Source: Octopus sinensis (Eukaryota). Taken from it: a DNA stretch of 64,000 nt. The position numbers and the translations under genes were made by a program. Shown piece after piece: positions 40,915 through 53,666 of this stretch. The notes beneath the pieces were generated by a model. It was not told the DNA's origin, ran no database searches, and worked only from the letters and a program-made list of their open reading frames with translations. Every line of letters begins with the position of its first letter. The stretch's first letter is position 1. The stretch lies in contig NC_043013.1 of NCBI RefSeq assembly GCF_006345805.1, positions 24,428,001-24,492,000 of the forward strand, given 5' to 3'.

Positions 40915-41465
40915 TGTGGTCTTCGTGTAGCCTTGTTGCTAGCTCTAGGGTTGGTGGGTTAAGTGAGCGCTTTCGGATCTATAAAGTCTGATCTTCATCA
41001 GGCTTTACACTTTACATGACAATTACTGTTGGCGTTGGTTAGGGGTTCCGGAGCCAGTTGAGGTTGGACGCCTTCTTCCTGATGAAATGTGGCTCCTTTA
41101 TTCGGAGGTTGACAGCATCAGTTCCATTGGCCAGTATCCAGGTAAAGAATTCTCCATCGTAGTGTTGGTGGTGTTGGAATACGGCACTGGGTGGTGGCCT
41201 TAAGATGTTCTTTCACTCTGACATGAAGTTGTTGTTTAGTCGATCCAATCTACGTATCCCCACAAGAACAGGTCAATTCGTATATTACACTCGTTTGGAA
41301 ACATAGCCTGGTGCTGTCCGTTGGCTCAGACAGCCTGCGTTCTGTGTGTTGTTGTGCAAGAGATAGTGTCTGAGGGTGTGGCCTCGTGGTTCTGACAGGG
41401 AGGTCAGACTTTCTGAGCGCGTTCTTTAGTTTCTTTTCAACCCTTTCTCCGTAGTTTGGAAGATT
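40915..41465 (-). mobile_element. Penelope-like element 3' part (GIY-YIG)
   Basis: LCFQTSVIYELTCSCG...IGSTKQQLHVRVKEHL...NLRIKEPHFIRKKASNLN, followed by a hammerhead. Confidence 0.85.
40961..41005 (-). ncRNA. Minimal hammerhead ribozyme
   Basis: AAGC-CUGAUGA-AGAUC...GAUCC-GAA-AGCGCU-C-ACUU, with palindromic stem III. Confidence 0.7.
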
Positions 41466-42059
41466 GATATATCCCTCCTGCTTATCCCCCCTGCTTATCC
41501 CCCCCCCCGCTTATCGCTCCCTCTTTCACTCTTTGTCTACTTTGCTCTTTTTTCCGTCGTTGTCTCTGTTGTTATTGTTTTTGTTATTAATGTCATTAAC
41601 GTCATCGGTTCGTCGGTCGTCGTTGCTGCTGCTGTTCTCTCTCTCTCTCTCTCTCTCTCTCTATCGATCTATCTAGCTATCTATCTTAGGTTTTGGTTTC
41701 CCCATCGATAACCCCCCCCAATATCACCCCCTACTACCTGTTCATTCTTTCCTCCTAGCTCAGCTTTGCTTCTCTAAGCATAGCACCCCCACTTACCATC
41801 CCACGACGGCATCACTCTGCAGCTGTATAGGTTCATGGGTGGTGTTCGGGATGAATTTGTGGAGTAATTGTCATTTAGTGAAGGACCAGTGTTAGGTTCA
41901 TTATTAGTGGTGGCCTTAAATATGGTATTCATTAGAAAGTTGATAGAAGCGTTGAGGGGTTGTATATTATGATAGGAGTGAAGAGAAGAGAGGAGAGTAG
42001 GAGTGAAGAGAAGTAGGAGACTGAGCAAGATAGGAGAGGTGGGTGGGAGGATGTAGGTG

Positions 42060-42720
42060 TGATGGGGAGAGAGGTGAAGGGAGGGGGTTAGATGAAGAGG
42101 GGAGGAGAGTTGAGCCCATTGACAGCGCAAACGGGAGCCGGATGGCCACTGTGCAAGGACAATCCGAACACGGACAGGTGTTACAAAGAGTGACCGGTAG
42201 AGCGGAAATGGCGCGAGACCGGAGTGTCATCGTCGAGTCGGATGTCTCAGCGGGGTTCCGCAAACAGGTCAGCCAAGCGGTGTCTCGTTTGCCCGATGTA
42301 TAGAGAAGGTCATAGAGAGCAGGAGATGCAGTAGATGATATTGGTAGAAGGAGTTGGTGATGTGATAGAGTCGATGACGGGTGCCGGTGAGGAGGGTGGT
42401 GTTGGAGAGCTAAGGGCAAGTGTAGCAGCGTGGGTGGGAGCAGGAGAACAAGCCGGGTTGGGAGGTTGGGTTAGGGAAGAAGCTGTGGACCAAGAGGCCT
42501 CGTAGGTTGTGGGCTCGTTTGAAGGAGGGAAGGGATCGGTTAGGCAAGATGTGCGAAGTGGAGGGATCGGACTGGAGTCGCCGGAAGGCTCGGAGAATGG
42601 TGCGTTGGAGAGGTAGGGTAGTGGGGTGACAGGTGAGGGGAAATGGGAGGCGGGTGACGGCGGGTCGGGTTCTGGGGGAGAGAGCAGATGCACGATCCAC
42701 GGAACGTGCTCTGGGAAGGG
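42060..42720 (-). mobile_element. Penelope-like element, Cys-rich linker plus GIY-YIG
   Basis: SFKRAHNLRGLLVHS...CSHPRCYTCP, NIIYCISCSL and LYIGQTRHRLAD...PVSRHF. Confidence 0.85.
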
Positions 42721-42724
42721 CGGT

Positions 42725-42868
42725 GTGAAGTTTAAATTCCGCAGGGGTCGACTTTGCCTTTCATCCTTTCAGGGACGATAAATTAAGTACCAGTTGCGTC
42801 CTGGTGTTGATATAATCGACTGGCCTCTTCTTCAAAATTTCAGGGCTTGTACCGACAGTAGAAAGGAT
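42725..42868 (+). mobile_element. SINE family A fragment
   Basis: GTCGACTTTGCCTTTCATCCTTTC...AATTAAGTACCAG core. Confidence 0.8.
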
Positions 42869-45800
42869 ACCTCACATACGCATTGATCTTCCCACTAAAT
42901 CATATATATCAGGTTTTATCATTATATAATTGATTTAATGCATTGTTTCAGCTCTGAAGAGGTACGCAACATTTTATTCTTCCAGCGAGAATGAAACAAG
43001 TGTCAGTAATGCATTGGCGCTTAATTCTGGATTATCACTCAGAACGTAATGAAACCCTGGGAATTTCTTACGCAGTCTCTTGATCTGCTAGAACTAGAGG
43101 CCAAATCTTTCTAAAATTACACCCGTTTTTAAAAGAAATCATGCCTGAGATAATCTAATTCTGGATATTGAAAGAGTTAAGTCTATGAGAGATGACCTAC
43201 AGCTAATCAACATCGGCATTGAGCTCAATCAATAGAAATTGGGTTGATTTTCCCACTGCTTTCCCGACATTTTCTTTAATTATCTTTGTGTTAAATATTC
43301 AACGCAAATGAAATATTAAAAATTGCATCAAATGAAACGTAAGGGAATAAACATTGTAAAACTTAACTTTTTCTTCTAAGGTAAAGGAAATTGTGCGAGA
43401 TTCAAACAAGTCGAATCAGTATTGGTTATAGCAATTATTGTGTCAACATCGAAACCTTAATAAATATTTCAAGTATAATATTCAAAACTATTGCCTAAGT
43501 TAATCTTTGTACCATGATTTGGCTTGGTGGTACTGAGTTAACTATTTCAAGAAACTTACCCCTTCACAGAATGTCTATTGACCAGGCCATTGTAGTAGCT
43601 GGCAACGAATGCATTCACTACCCGGCAAGTTTGCGCTTTGCAGAAGATCTACTTGACCGTATCTCCTAATGTTAATAGAATTGCTCAAGTTGTCTGAAGA
43701 ACAAGTAAAAGATTTTCCGCACCTTTCAATATGGCTGTAGTATTACTAGTTTGATATCCATGAACATTCGTACTCAAGTCCAAACTGTTTTGGAGAGTTT
43801 AAAAGAGAACTTCTGGCTTTTTATTTATTTTCTAGACAGCTGCTGGTGTTTTTCTTGAAAGGGACTTATTAAGAACGACGCTAATGAAGTGTGTGACGCC
43901 TTGTACCATATAACGCGTTATTCATTTTGATGGTCAGAATATGGAAACCTTCTCGTGATGACTCCCTTGTTGGTTCAAAAGGACACAGGTCAATCTGGAT
44001 ATGACATTGATCTGACGGTAGAATTCATAAGCCTTATAAAAGTCTTTGATATGGTTTGACAAGAAGAAATTTGGATGATGATTGCAGCTGCGGAAACCTA
44101 AGCGCCACGATCATGCCTTCAACAACTTTTATTAGGTTAGAAGAGCGACGTTAGGCAGAAAGGAATGCTTTTGTTCAACTTCACCTTTCCTAATATGTTA
44201 TTTCTTCTTCTGTGTAATGTTTTGTCACTTATCTGATTTAATGGCTTCTTACATTTTAAGTGAAAGTGAATGCAAAACTGTGAAGATCGTACTTTTCTCT
44301 AAGCCTTTCTTATTCAGTTGCAGCCTTAGCTTAACTGTGTTTTAATCCTTTCACTATAGTTCTGGCTACATTATGATTGATGTATCGTACGCATAGTTAG
44401 CATTTACCTATTTCATTAGCAATTTCAAATTTCTTTCTTAAAGTTTAGGCTTTTCTGTTGCAAAATATCTGAGATAACGAGCGCTGCACTTGTTACAAGA
44501 TGCCCTTCGTAATTATTTATAGTCTGTAGGATATTTTTTATTGCATATACAAAAGATCACGTTGCTCCTCCTCCTTGTTGGAATCTATTTTACAATACTG
44601 ATGCCAAATGTACATGCCTGGAATTTTCGTTTGGTTAGGGAAATGAAAAGTAACGGAAATGTCAACGGGGTGTTGATTAAAAAAAAATAACAAACTAACG
44701 TTTTCTTGCAGATAAACATTCAGTCTGTTATTTGCCAACAAGTTTTGTCCATTCGTTTCAACTAAATATTATTATTTTACGAAAACATTATCTAAAATTT
44801 CTGTTACTTTAGTGCAATGGGGAGAGCAGAGTGTAAGAACTTGGTAAACAGTGCTAGAATTCTGGTTCATCCTTGGACGGTGAGTTAGGTGAAACATGGT
44901 ATTAGCTCGGTGAAGCCGCGTAAAAAAAATTTACACAAAAATTTCAATTTGAAAATAAAACACTATGTCGGGCAACAGTGCAGATGAGTTTGGTGTGAAT
45001 TAGTTTTAAACTACGAAACTAAGGAAATGATTTAATAGTTAAGAAATTTCAATATTTTGAAATAAAGAAAATTAGACGAAATTGAGTTCTTTTGTTGATG
45101 TTAGTCGATCCTTCGCTTTTTATTTCCTTCTTTCTCGCTATTGTTGCTACCCTCTTCACTCTAAATTACATCCGTTAATGATTTTCTCATACAACCCTTT
45201 CTACTAATTTTCTCATTATTTAAGATCATTGTTATTTTTTAAATGGAGTACCTTAGTCGGCCAATTGTAGATGTAATACAGAAGAAACGAAACGTAGAAA
45301 CGTAGGATAGTTTTTGAAAAGCATTGTTAGCTAAGATGTAAAATCGGGTGTGGGAACTGACATTAAAACTTAAATGAAGTTAAACACTAATGTAGCTTAG
45401 TGTTAACATTACACGATGTTTCCTTGAAATTCCATGCTCGTCAAATGTCATAATGGCCCTTTTTTTGCTCGAATATAGACAATGACATACACATCTCAGT
45501 ACAATAGGAACATTAAGGTATTCTGAATCAATTTATCGAAGCACCTTTACAAAAAAGATCTTTGACAATTACTTTGAAGAGATGATCTGAAGTTGTTTAT
45601 AAGAAAGTTTTGGGTTGTTTTATAGAGGTACGTGTGACAGAAGAGATTATCCTTGTAAAGGATATCTTGTACGAGGCAAAATACGCTTAAAATAAAATAT
45701 AACGACAGGATGTACGAAGTTTCCTTTCATTTGAGATAAAGTAAAAGTATCCGGTTATAAATAACAGTGTCTGTTATGCTGACAGGAAAAAAATATGAGG

Positions 45801-46127
45801 CTTAAAGAAGCGTTTCTCCATCCACCTCCTTTTTTAGCAAGGATAGAATTTCCATCTGGATATCATCTATTATTTTTCTTAGAGATTACTTGTGTCTTGC
45901 ACATAATAAAATATCATTTACCAAGTATTTTTCAAAAGGCTCCTTCCTGTGGATTTGGATATACTAATAATTTTTTTCGTCTAAAGATGCAAGTTTTGTC
46001 ATACTTTTAACTGAGATCATAAAGGATAAGAAGTATAAAGTATATAGTTCTTGTGCAGAGAAGCTCGTTGTATGCATTCCCAGATTATAAATATGAGGCT
46101 TAAAGAAGCGTTTCTCCCACCTACCCC

Positions 46128-46191
<64 letters not shown>

Positions 46192-46662
46192 AGGCAATCT
46201 TCTCAATGAAGGCTATCTGAAGTCCTCTATTTTGAACAATAGATTTTAAATGTTTTTTTGACAGCACATGATGATAGTAGTCGTTAAATATTTAAGTGAA
46301 ATTGCTTGCATTCTCTTAACAATATAGGATGGTGTGCTATTAATGACTATAGGAGGACAGTTATTGAAGAAAATGATTATGAGAGGACAAACCACTTGTC
46401 CTTATAGGAGACCAGAGTTCATGAAATGACGTTGATACAGGACGACAGAAAGGTCATTTTGAGGAATCCAGCAAATATATGGAGAGCAATATTTCGAGTG
46501 AAAATATTCTTGGCTTTACAATCATTATCTGTCATGCATAAAATCAAGTCACTATTGAATTTCATATCTTGAAAATGTTGAAGAAAGAAAGATATTTAAA
46601 GTCTTTTTAAGCGTTTCTTAATGATTAGATATATATGTATGTGTGTGAGTGTGTGTGTGTGT

Positions 46663-46701
<39 letters not shown>

Positions 46702-47438
46702 GGCAGTGTAATATATAAGCTCATAGAATCGTGTGACTATCACGGAAAGCTCCTCCAGGAAACTCAGCTAACAGACAACATAGTAATCCAATGCAGAAGA
46801 GTATGATGCAGAGTTCCATGGAGCTGAAACCTAGGAGATGCGATCGATGAAATTATTTCATAAAGAATATATGAACTATAAAAGTCTGGAGGTATGAGAG
46901 GTAAATATATTTATCGAACTACTTGCTATCCTTGAGAATACGGCCGTTTCGCAGCCTTCTTCATTTCATAATTTCAGCGTATGATAAATTATGCTTACAT
47001 GTCTGGACTAATATGCCTGTAACGCATCGTACAATACAAGTGTATATTCATAGACCAATGCAGATGAAAGAAGTTAGTTCATCAAATCATCAGAACATCA
47101 ATGTTACACCAACTATTCAGCTCTAATCCTAAAGATGACAAGTGGTTAGATAAATATCATATATTCACCTCTCACACATCCAGACTTCTCATGATACACA
47201 CACACACACACCACACACACACACACACCACACACACACACACACGCACGCACATACACAAACATGTTGGAGGTGACAATACCTTGCTAACTTCATCTTT
47301 GTGACGCACTGCATACAACAGTTTAGATAGCATTCGTGTCTAAAGATATGATTTACCAATATTTGTAATTATATGTAATTGTATGTAGTAATATGTAATT
47401 ATGTAATTACATATACTAATATTTAAACGTTTATCTAA

Positions 47439-47638
47439 GGCGGAGAGCTGGCAGAATCGTTAACGAGACTGACAAAATGCTGCTTAGCGGTATTTTGTCA
47501 GTCTTTACGTTCAGAATTCAAATTACGCCCAGGTCGACTTTGCCTTTCATCTTTTTGGATTCGGTAAAATAAGTACCAGATGAACATTGGGTACCCTTTC
47601 CCGAAATTGCTGGCCTTGTGCCATAATTTGAAACCAAT
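47439..47638 (+). mobile_element. SINE family A
   Basis: Family A head and core. Confidence 0.8.
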
Positions 47639-47699
47639 ATGTAGACGTTTAACTATATTTTGCATTTTTATCTTATTCTGTTGTTGATTTATGTTCCAG

Positions 47700-47992
47700 A
47701 TTACATTTTGGCAGATCGCGAAAATTTCAGAAAGATTCACCGAAGTTATCTAATCTGTATATAGGACCCTGGGAGTTACGTGATTTGGTTAGTCTGGCAG
47801 GAGCTTTGATGTCCGGCCATAGTGTAAGGTATACGGTGAACCTGACCAATTGTTTCCTGGTTTCTGGTACTACGATGGACCGTCTATCATTCGGAGATTA
47901 CGTTGATACATTTGAAATCTTTCAAGACGGTAAAAAGAAAGAGATCACACGGCTGGAATTTTCTCACCACAAACTAATTCACAGTGAAACGG
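47700..47992 (+). CDS. Exon encoding the N-terminal half of a VirK-like domain
   Basis: Long pyrimidine tract ending TTCCAG, donor G|GTAAGT, phase 2 to 1. Encodes LHFGRSRKF...PWELRDLVSLAGALMSGHSVRYTVNLTNCFLVSG...FGDYVDTFEIF...LEFSHHKLIHSET. Confidence 0.85.
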
Positions 47993-48257
47993 GTAAGTAA
48001 GAATATCCTAAAGAATATCTCAATTTCTCAAAAGATAAAAAAAATCTTCAGACGCTACAGTTTGTGACTATTGTATGTTTCTTGGAGAGGAAAGATGTTA
48101 AGAGCAGTTTTCCATCCATCCAACAATCCATCCATCCATAAGACACAAATGCGTACATACACAAATTCATATATAAATACGTACATGCAGACATACAATG
48201 CATACATACGCGGGTGTTGCATGTTTGTGTACTCATATGTGCGTATATATATATATA

Positions 48258-48660
48258 TATAAAACTGAGAATGTGTGTCTGTCTGTCTGTCTGTGTGTTT
48301 CCCTAAAACTTGAAAACTACACAACCAATTTCATTCAAATTTTACACATGCCTTACTTAGGGTCCGGGGAGTGTAATCGGCAAAATTTTTTTACCTTTTT
48401 GCCTAGGGCGAGCCCACAGCAATATCATATCTTCTCCACTACGATTCCATAAAACTTGAGAACTACACAACCAATTTCATTCAAATTTTAAACATGCCTT
48501 ATTTAGGGTCCATGTAGTTTCATGGGCAAAACCAATGTTCAACCTCTTGCCTAGAGCGAGCCCATAGCAATATCATATCTTCTCCACTATTTCAGTATTA
48601 CGTGTTAAAAGTGAAACAAAAAACATTTCTCTATTTTATGTCAGATACTTTCACTTTAAC
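48258..48660 (+). mobile_element. Helitron-like 5' fragment with a roughly 146-bp tandem duplication
   Basis: TATAAAACTGAGAATGTGTG(TCTG)n start. The AAAACTTGA.AACTACACAACCAATTTCATTCAAATTTT unit occurs at 48305 and 48451. Confidence 0.55.
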
Positions 48661-49328
48661 AATAAATATAATAATAACAATTGAATTATATGTAGTAAGT
48701 AATAATGAAAATCAAACTAAAGTATAATATAATCGTAACAAAACAAAAGTAAAAATTGGTATAAAATTGCATCAATGACTTGAACTTGAATAAGTGGTTT
48801 CACATGAATGGGATTAAATTAAAAATAAAATTAGCGTGCAGAAATGGAATAGTCTGTGCTTTTACATTAGATTATCTGCTAATTAGCTAGCATTAAGTAT
48901 CTATATGAAGTTTGGCTGTATGTAATATCTGTTTTCTCGAACAGCCGCTACTACAGAGTACTGCTGTTGGTTTATTTCTTATACATAAAGGACTAAAGCT
49001 TCAACTGCTTACTGCTTTCTGATTCATCGTAAGGTTTGTTGTTATTATTATTACTGTTTAACTATTGTTATCATGTTTGTTGGTTCCTCGTAAAGGAAAC
49101 ATTGTTGTGTTAAATAATTGTAAACTGTAACCCTCCCCCTTTGGGAGAAGGAGCTTTGGTTATTGTTTAAAAATTGAATTGTGTCCCTCTCTGGGGAAAT
49201 TGACAATATTTTCACCGTTTACACGGAAGCATTTTTGTTAGAATGCCTTCGATAGAAGAAAGTCCAAAAATGAATTTCGCTGCAGCCGTCGGTGGGCGCG
49301 AACTCATTGAAATTAACATGGAAGAAAT

Positions 49329-49742
49329 ATGGATTGATCACCGACAAAGACGGGGAATCTTGGATAACACCACCAAACGAAATAAAAAATTAAATTTAAA
49401 AAAGTATACAATGTAGAGAAAAAAAAAAGATTTGAACACCTGGAGGAAAGCACCATTGAAAAGTGTCTTGGTGCGACTATGAAAGATATCAAGTATCTAA
49501 CCAGAGGCGGTAAACTCGCCACAATAGAAGCAAGGTTCGAGTCAACGGAGCGTGCAAGGGAGTACTCGACTCGAACCTTGCAAAGTGGAAATATCTTATT
49601 TTTACCTTTATATCTGGGACGTCCTACGTCCCAGATAAAAATTTAAAATGTCCCCCCAGAAGTAGAGGTGGGCTGGATTGTAGCCACACTTCTATACAAG
49701 AGGGAGGGCAAGATACAATTGATCGAAATTGCAAGAGACGGG
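49329..49742 (+). mobile_element. L1/Tx1-type ORF1 remnant
   Basis: KYLTRGGKLATIEARFESTERAREYSTRTLQSGNILFLPLYLGR...NVPPEVEVGWIVA, homologous to the remnant at 0.1-1.3 kb. Confidence 0.6.
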
Positions 49743-51121
49743 CCTACAATTCCAGTCTGTTATATATTTTGAGTATTGTTATCACTAGCGATATCTAGAT
49801 ATAACTTTGTATTTTATGTGTAGATGTATATATATAGATGTACATGTAATATGTACACATATATATACACATATATACATGCACTAGCACTATGACCCGA
49901 CAACGACGGGTCATTGAAACATGTTTGGTCTTTCCTCTCTCCACTTTTTCTCTCCTCGTCTTCGTGATATTTTGGTAAGTTTTGCACCATATATAATATA
50001 CGCTCACGTGGTCACCCCAGTTGGATTCTGTCTAGACTGAACTCCTTTCTCTCTCGGGCCACCTCATTTCTTAGACTATCTCAGCCTCTCAATGATCTGG
50101 AATATTCTGCTTAGATCATTGCCTTCCTGCATCTTACCTATGCTCTGTTGTTGACTTGTATCACAACAATCTACTACCATTCTACGATTCCTTCCCTTCT
50201 CTACTTTCTGTCTTATTTTTCACCTCACCTTGCCTACCAAAATGCCTGATCTCAAATCTCTTCGCCTTCCGCCATCTTCAACATTACTACACCACGTTCC
50301 TACTTCCAATAATTTCAGCAGGTGATGGCTGTCTATTCGAGACATGTTTCTTCTTCTCTCTCTCTAGTTTTCTGTCCTCCTCAGTTCTTACTGTAGAACA
50401 GCGTATTTTTCCTGAGCAACCGTTTGTTTTCTTTGCATCTTCTTATTTATATCATTTTTGCTCCATATGTGAAGATTGTTTGATGCGTAAATAATACTTT
50501 TAGTTGTATCAGGTAATTTCAACTATTTTGTTTTTTAAGCATCCATAAGTCACGAAGAAAACTAAAACAATTTCTATGACATTATAACCGTAACTAATCA
50601 CCATTTCATTTAACATTTTTTGAATGATTTGCAAATTGCCGATGGCAATTCGCTAGCATTTTGATTTGATATTTTGTATGTCGTTACGGGCGCTATCTGT
50701 GTGTACGGATAACTGAAACAATCCTCTATTTTATTATCTAAGCTGCTTGTCTGAAGAAGATAGTATATCCACTGACAAACAGACAGAAGTTAATATGATA
50801 TGGCATCTCTAGAACAGAAAAAGAGAGAAAGAAAGCATAGTGATAGCTAAGCATGCGTACCAGGAGAAGGCAACAAAGACTATTCCATGGTATTCTTCCA
50901 AAAGAATGTTATAATATACGAGATAGCCATGCACAGTTAATGTTAATCTAAAGCAATCTAACGAAATGTTGCTATGGCACTTCTTCAGAATATACTTAGA
51001 CAGACTGGAAACAACGTTAAGGATTATAGAGATGTGGGGTGGCAACTGATCTGTGGAAGACATCCTAGATTTATTTTTTAATTTACGAATCTTCATAAAT
51101 GAATAAATACATACATATCAA

Positions 51122-51648
51122 TTTCAAATTTTGGCCCAAGGGACTTGGGGGTCAGTCGATTACATCAACCCCAATGCTCGATTCATACTTATTTTATTGA
51201 TCCCGAAAGGATGAAAGGCAAAGTCAACTCTGGTGTCATTGGAACCCAGAACATAAAGACGGACGAAATGCCGCAAAGTATTTTCCCCTGTGTTCTTACG
51301 AATCTGCTAGCTCACCGCCTTAAGAAATACACAAAGAGATTGGTTTACATTTTGGTACAAAACCGTCAGATTGGTGGACGGTGGCTAAGTTGATTAAATC
51401 GATCCCAGTGTTCAACATGTACTTATTTTATCTCGAAAGGATGAAAGGCAAAGTCGACCTCGCCAGAATTTGAACAAGGACAGACAAACGGATTAAGTCG
51501 ATTATATCGATCAGTGCGTAACTGGTACTTATTTTATCGACCCCAAAAGGATGAAAGGCAAAGTCGACCTCGGTGGAATTGGAACGTGAAGACGAACGAA
51601 ATGCCACTATTTTGCCCAGCGTGCTAACGACTCTGCCAGTTCGCCGCC
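51122..51648 (-). mobile_element. SINE family A cluster
   Basis: Three GAAAGGATGAAAGGCAAAGTC-type cores. Confidence 0.85.
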
Positions 51649-51960
51649 CTAAATACAAATAACAAGAGGAAATATATAGTAATGGGAAGAAGAATAAGAA
51701 GAAGAAGAAGGAGAAGGAGAAGAAGACAAGTATGAAAAGGAGGAGGGGGAAGAGAGCTAGGGATAGAAACTACTGACTTGAAGGGGGAACGTCATTAAGT
51801 TTGTGACAAAAATGTATAGCAGACTTACCTTTGCACTGACATTCTTTTTATGCTCCTTTTATGCTCTGGATAAAAGCTGAGTCCAGCCTTGGATTTGTTC
51901 ACAAAATAAAGATTATTGGCAGCTTTGTGAATACTTCTCCATATTATCCGCCGTTGTCTG

Positions 51961-52006
<46 letters not shown>

Positions 52007-52024
52007 GATTCTGTCTCTCTCTCA

Positions 52025-52063
<39 letters not shown>

Positions 52064-52064
52064 C

Positions 52065-53666
52065 AGGAGCGAAAATCAACCGGGAAAAGTCAGTGGGCTT
52101 GCGGTTCGACACCTGGAGAAGCAAGCCTATGCCGTCCACCAGTGCCTCTGTCGTGGGACGCTGGACGGACGGCCCGGTCGAGTTGCTCGGGGTCTGGTTC
52201 GGCCCGGACCTCCAAATGGAGAAGAACTGGAACGAAATAACGAGTAGGGTGGTCACTCTCGCCCAGCAATGGGCTGAGAGGAAACTGTCCCTAAAAGGTC
52301 GGGCGGAGGTGGCGAACACGTACATCGCGTCCATCATCTACTACCGCCTGACCGTCGTACCTTGTCCCGACCCTACCATCACCAAACTAGAACGCATTCT
52401 CTTCCGCTTCTTGTGGAAAGGATGCATCCCGATGGCCAGGCGATCCATTTGCTGTCAACACCCGTTAAAAGGAGGGCTGGGCATGCTGTGGTTGATGATG
52501 CGCAGACACGCGCTGAGACTGCGACATCTCTAGCTCTATGTAGACGACGGTGAACAGGTTTGGTCGTCGTTTGTGAGGCACGCCTTCCCGCAGCTCGTCT
52601 CCATGACCGAACTGCAGTCGTGGATCAAAAAGAGGCCGAGGAAGGGCGAATGGCACCGCGAGTGTCGCGTTGCTCTCAAGCAACTATGCCGTCCCGGGTC
52701 GACCGTGAGTGATTTCAACGCAACCAAAGCATTCTATAGGGGATTAGTGGAGGGGAGGTATGACGACGATCTTGGGGCGAACCTGGGCGTCGACGAGGAA
52801 TACCTGACCCGCCTGTTCAGGACGACTTTCGGGCCAGGACCTATGGGCAACTTCCAGAGATCCCTGGCCTGGCAGTGCTACCGAGAAGCGCTACCCGTTC
52901 GGGATAAGCTCTATAGGCATGGCTCGAGAAACACGGGGCCGACGAAACCGTTCTGCACGCAATTGTGCAGTGTCCAACTATCTCCGACCTGTGGACTTAT
53001 GTCGAACGACTGCTGTCACGTGTGGGACGTGCCGGTTTATCAGCCGAGTCTATCGTTAATATCGTCACGCCTCCTTCCTCAAACTTGTGGCTATGGCGAA
53101 AGAATGCATCTGGTGGACACGCCTGAAAGGATTAGAGACAAACACTTTCCTCTCTGGTAAATCTTTCATCAACTTCTTCAAGTATCACTTGAAAAGGAAA
53201 GTGAGAGTAGAGAGGCAAGTTTTGTCTAGTGAATGTTTTAAAAAAAGATGGGTGAATGTAGCAAGGATGGCACGTATGAATGACGAAGCCACCTTGAGTA
53301 TGATCCTATGAACGGTAAAAATTTAATACAGAGAATTGCTTATTTGTAAAAAAAAAAATGTAGCATGTGACTCCTTTGACCGAGGTTACCGTGGTCTTTT
53401 CCGTAGGCTTTTCTTTCCACGGGTAAACCTCACCTGTCTTCCCCTTTACACTTTATATTGACATTTCTGTGATAACGATCCCTATTGATCGATTTTTCTT
53501 TTTCCTTTTATTTTATCCCCCCACCTTTTTTTTTGCTTTCCTCTTTCTTTCCTTTTACGATCCCTTTTGATCGAAAACCAACCCCCCTTTTTTTATCCCC
53601 AAAAGAAAAGCTCACCTTGTAATTTGCCCCGTCTGTGTGCAGCCCTGTGTGGCTAATAAAGAAGCA
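52065..53666 (+). mobile_element. 5'-truncated Tx1/L1-clade LINE
   Basis: GAKINREKS...LLGVWFG...WAERKLSLKGRAEVAN...FRFLWKG...GGLGM. The 3' UTR ends AATAAAGAAGC, and TATCTATCTATCTACA occurs at both junctions. Confidence 0.9.

Noticed and set aside
42951-43013. Hammerhead-like CUGAAGA...GAAAC-AAGU-GUC
   Set aside because: Stem II does not close next to the core. The motif at 53820-53875 fails for the same reason.
51829-51957. Minus-strand exon-like segment with GTAAGT donor
   Set aside because: No pyrimidine tract, no partner exon and no recognisable protein.
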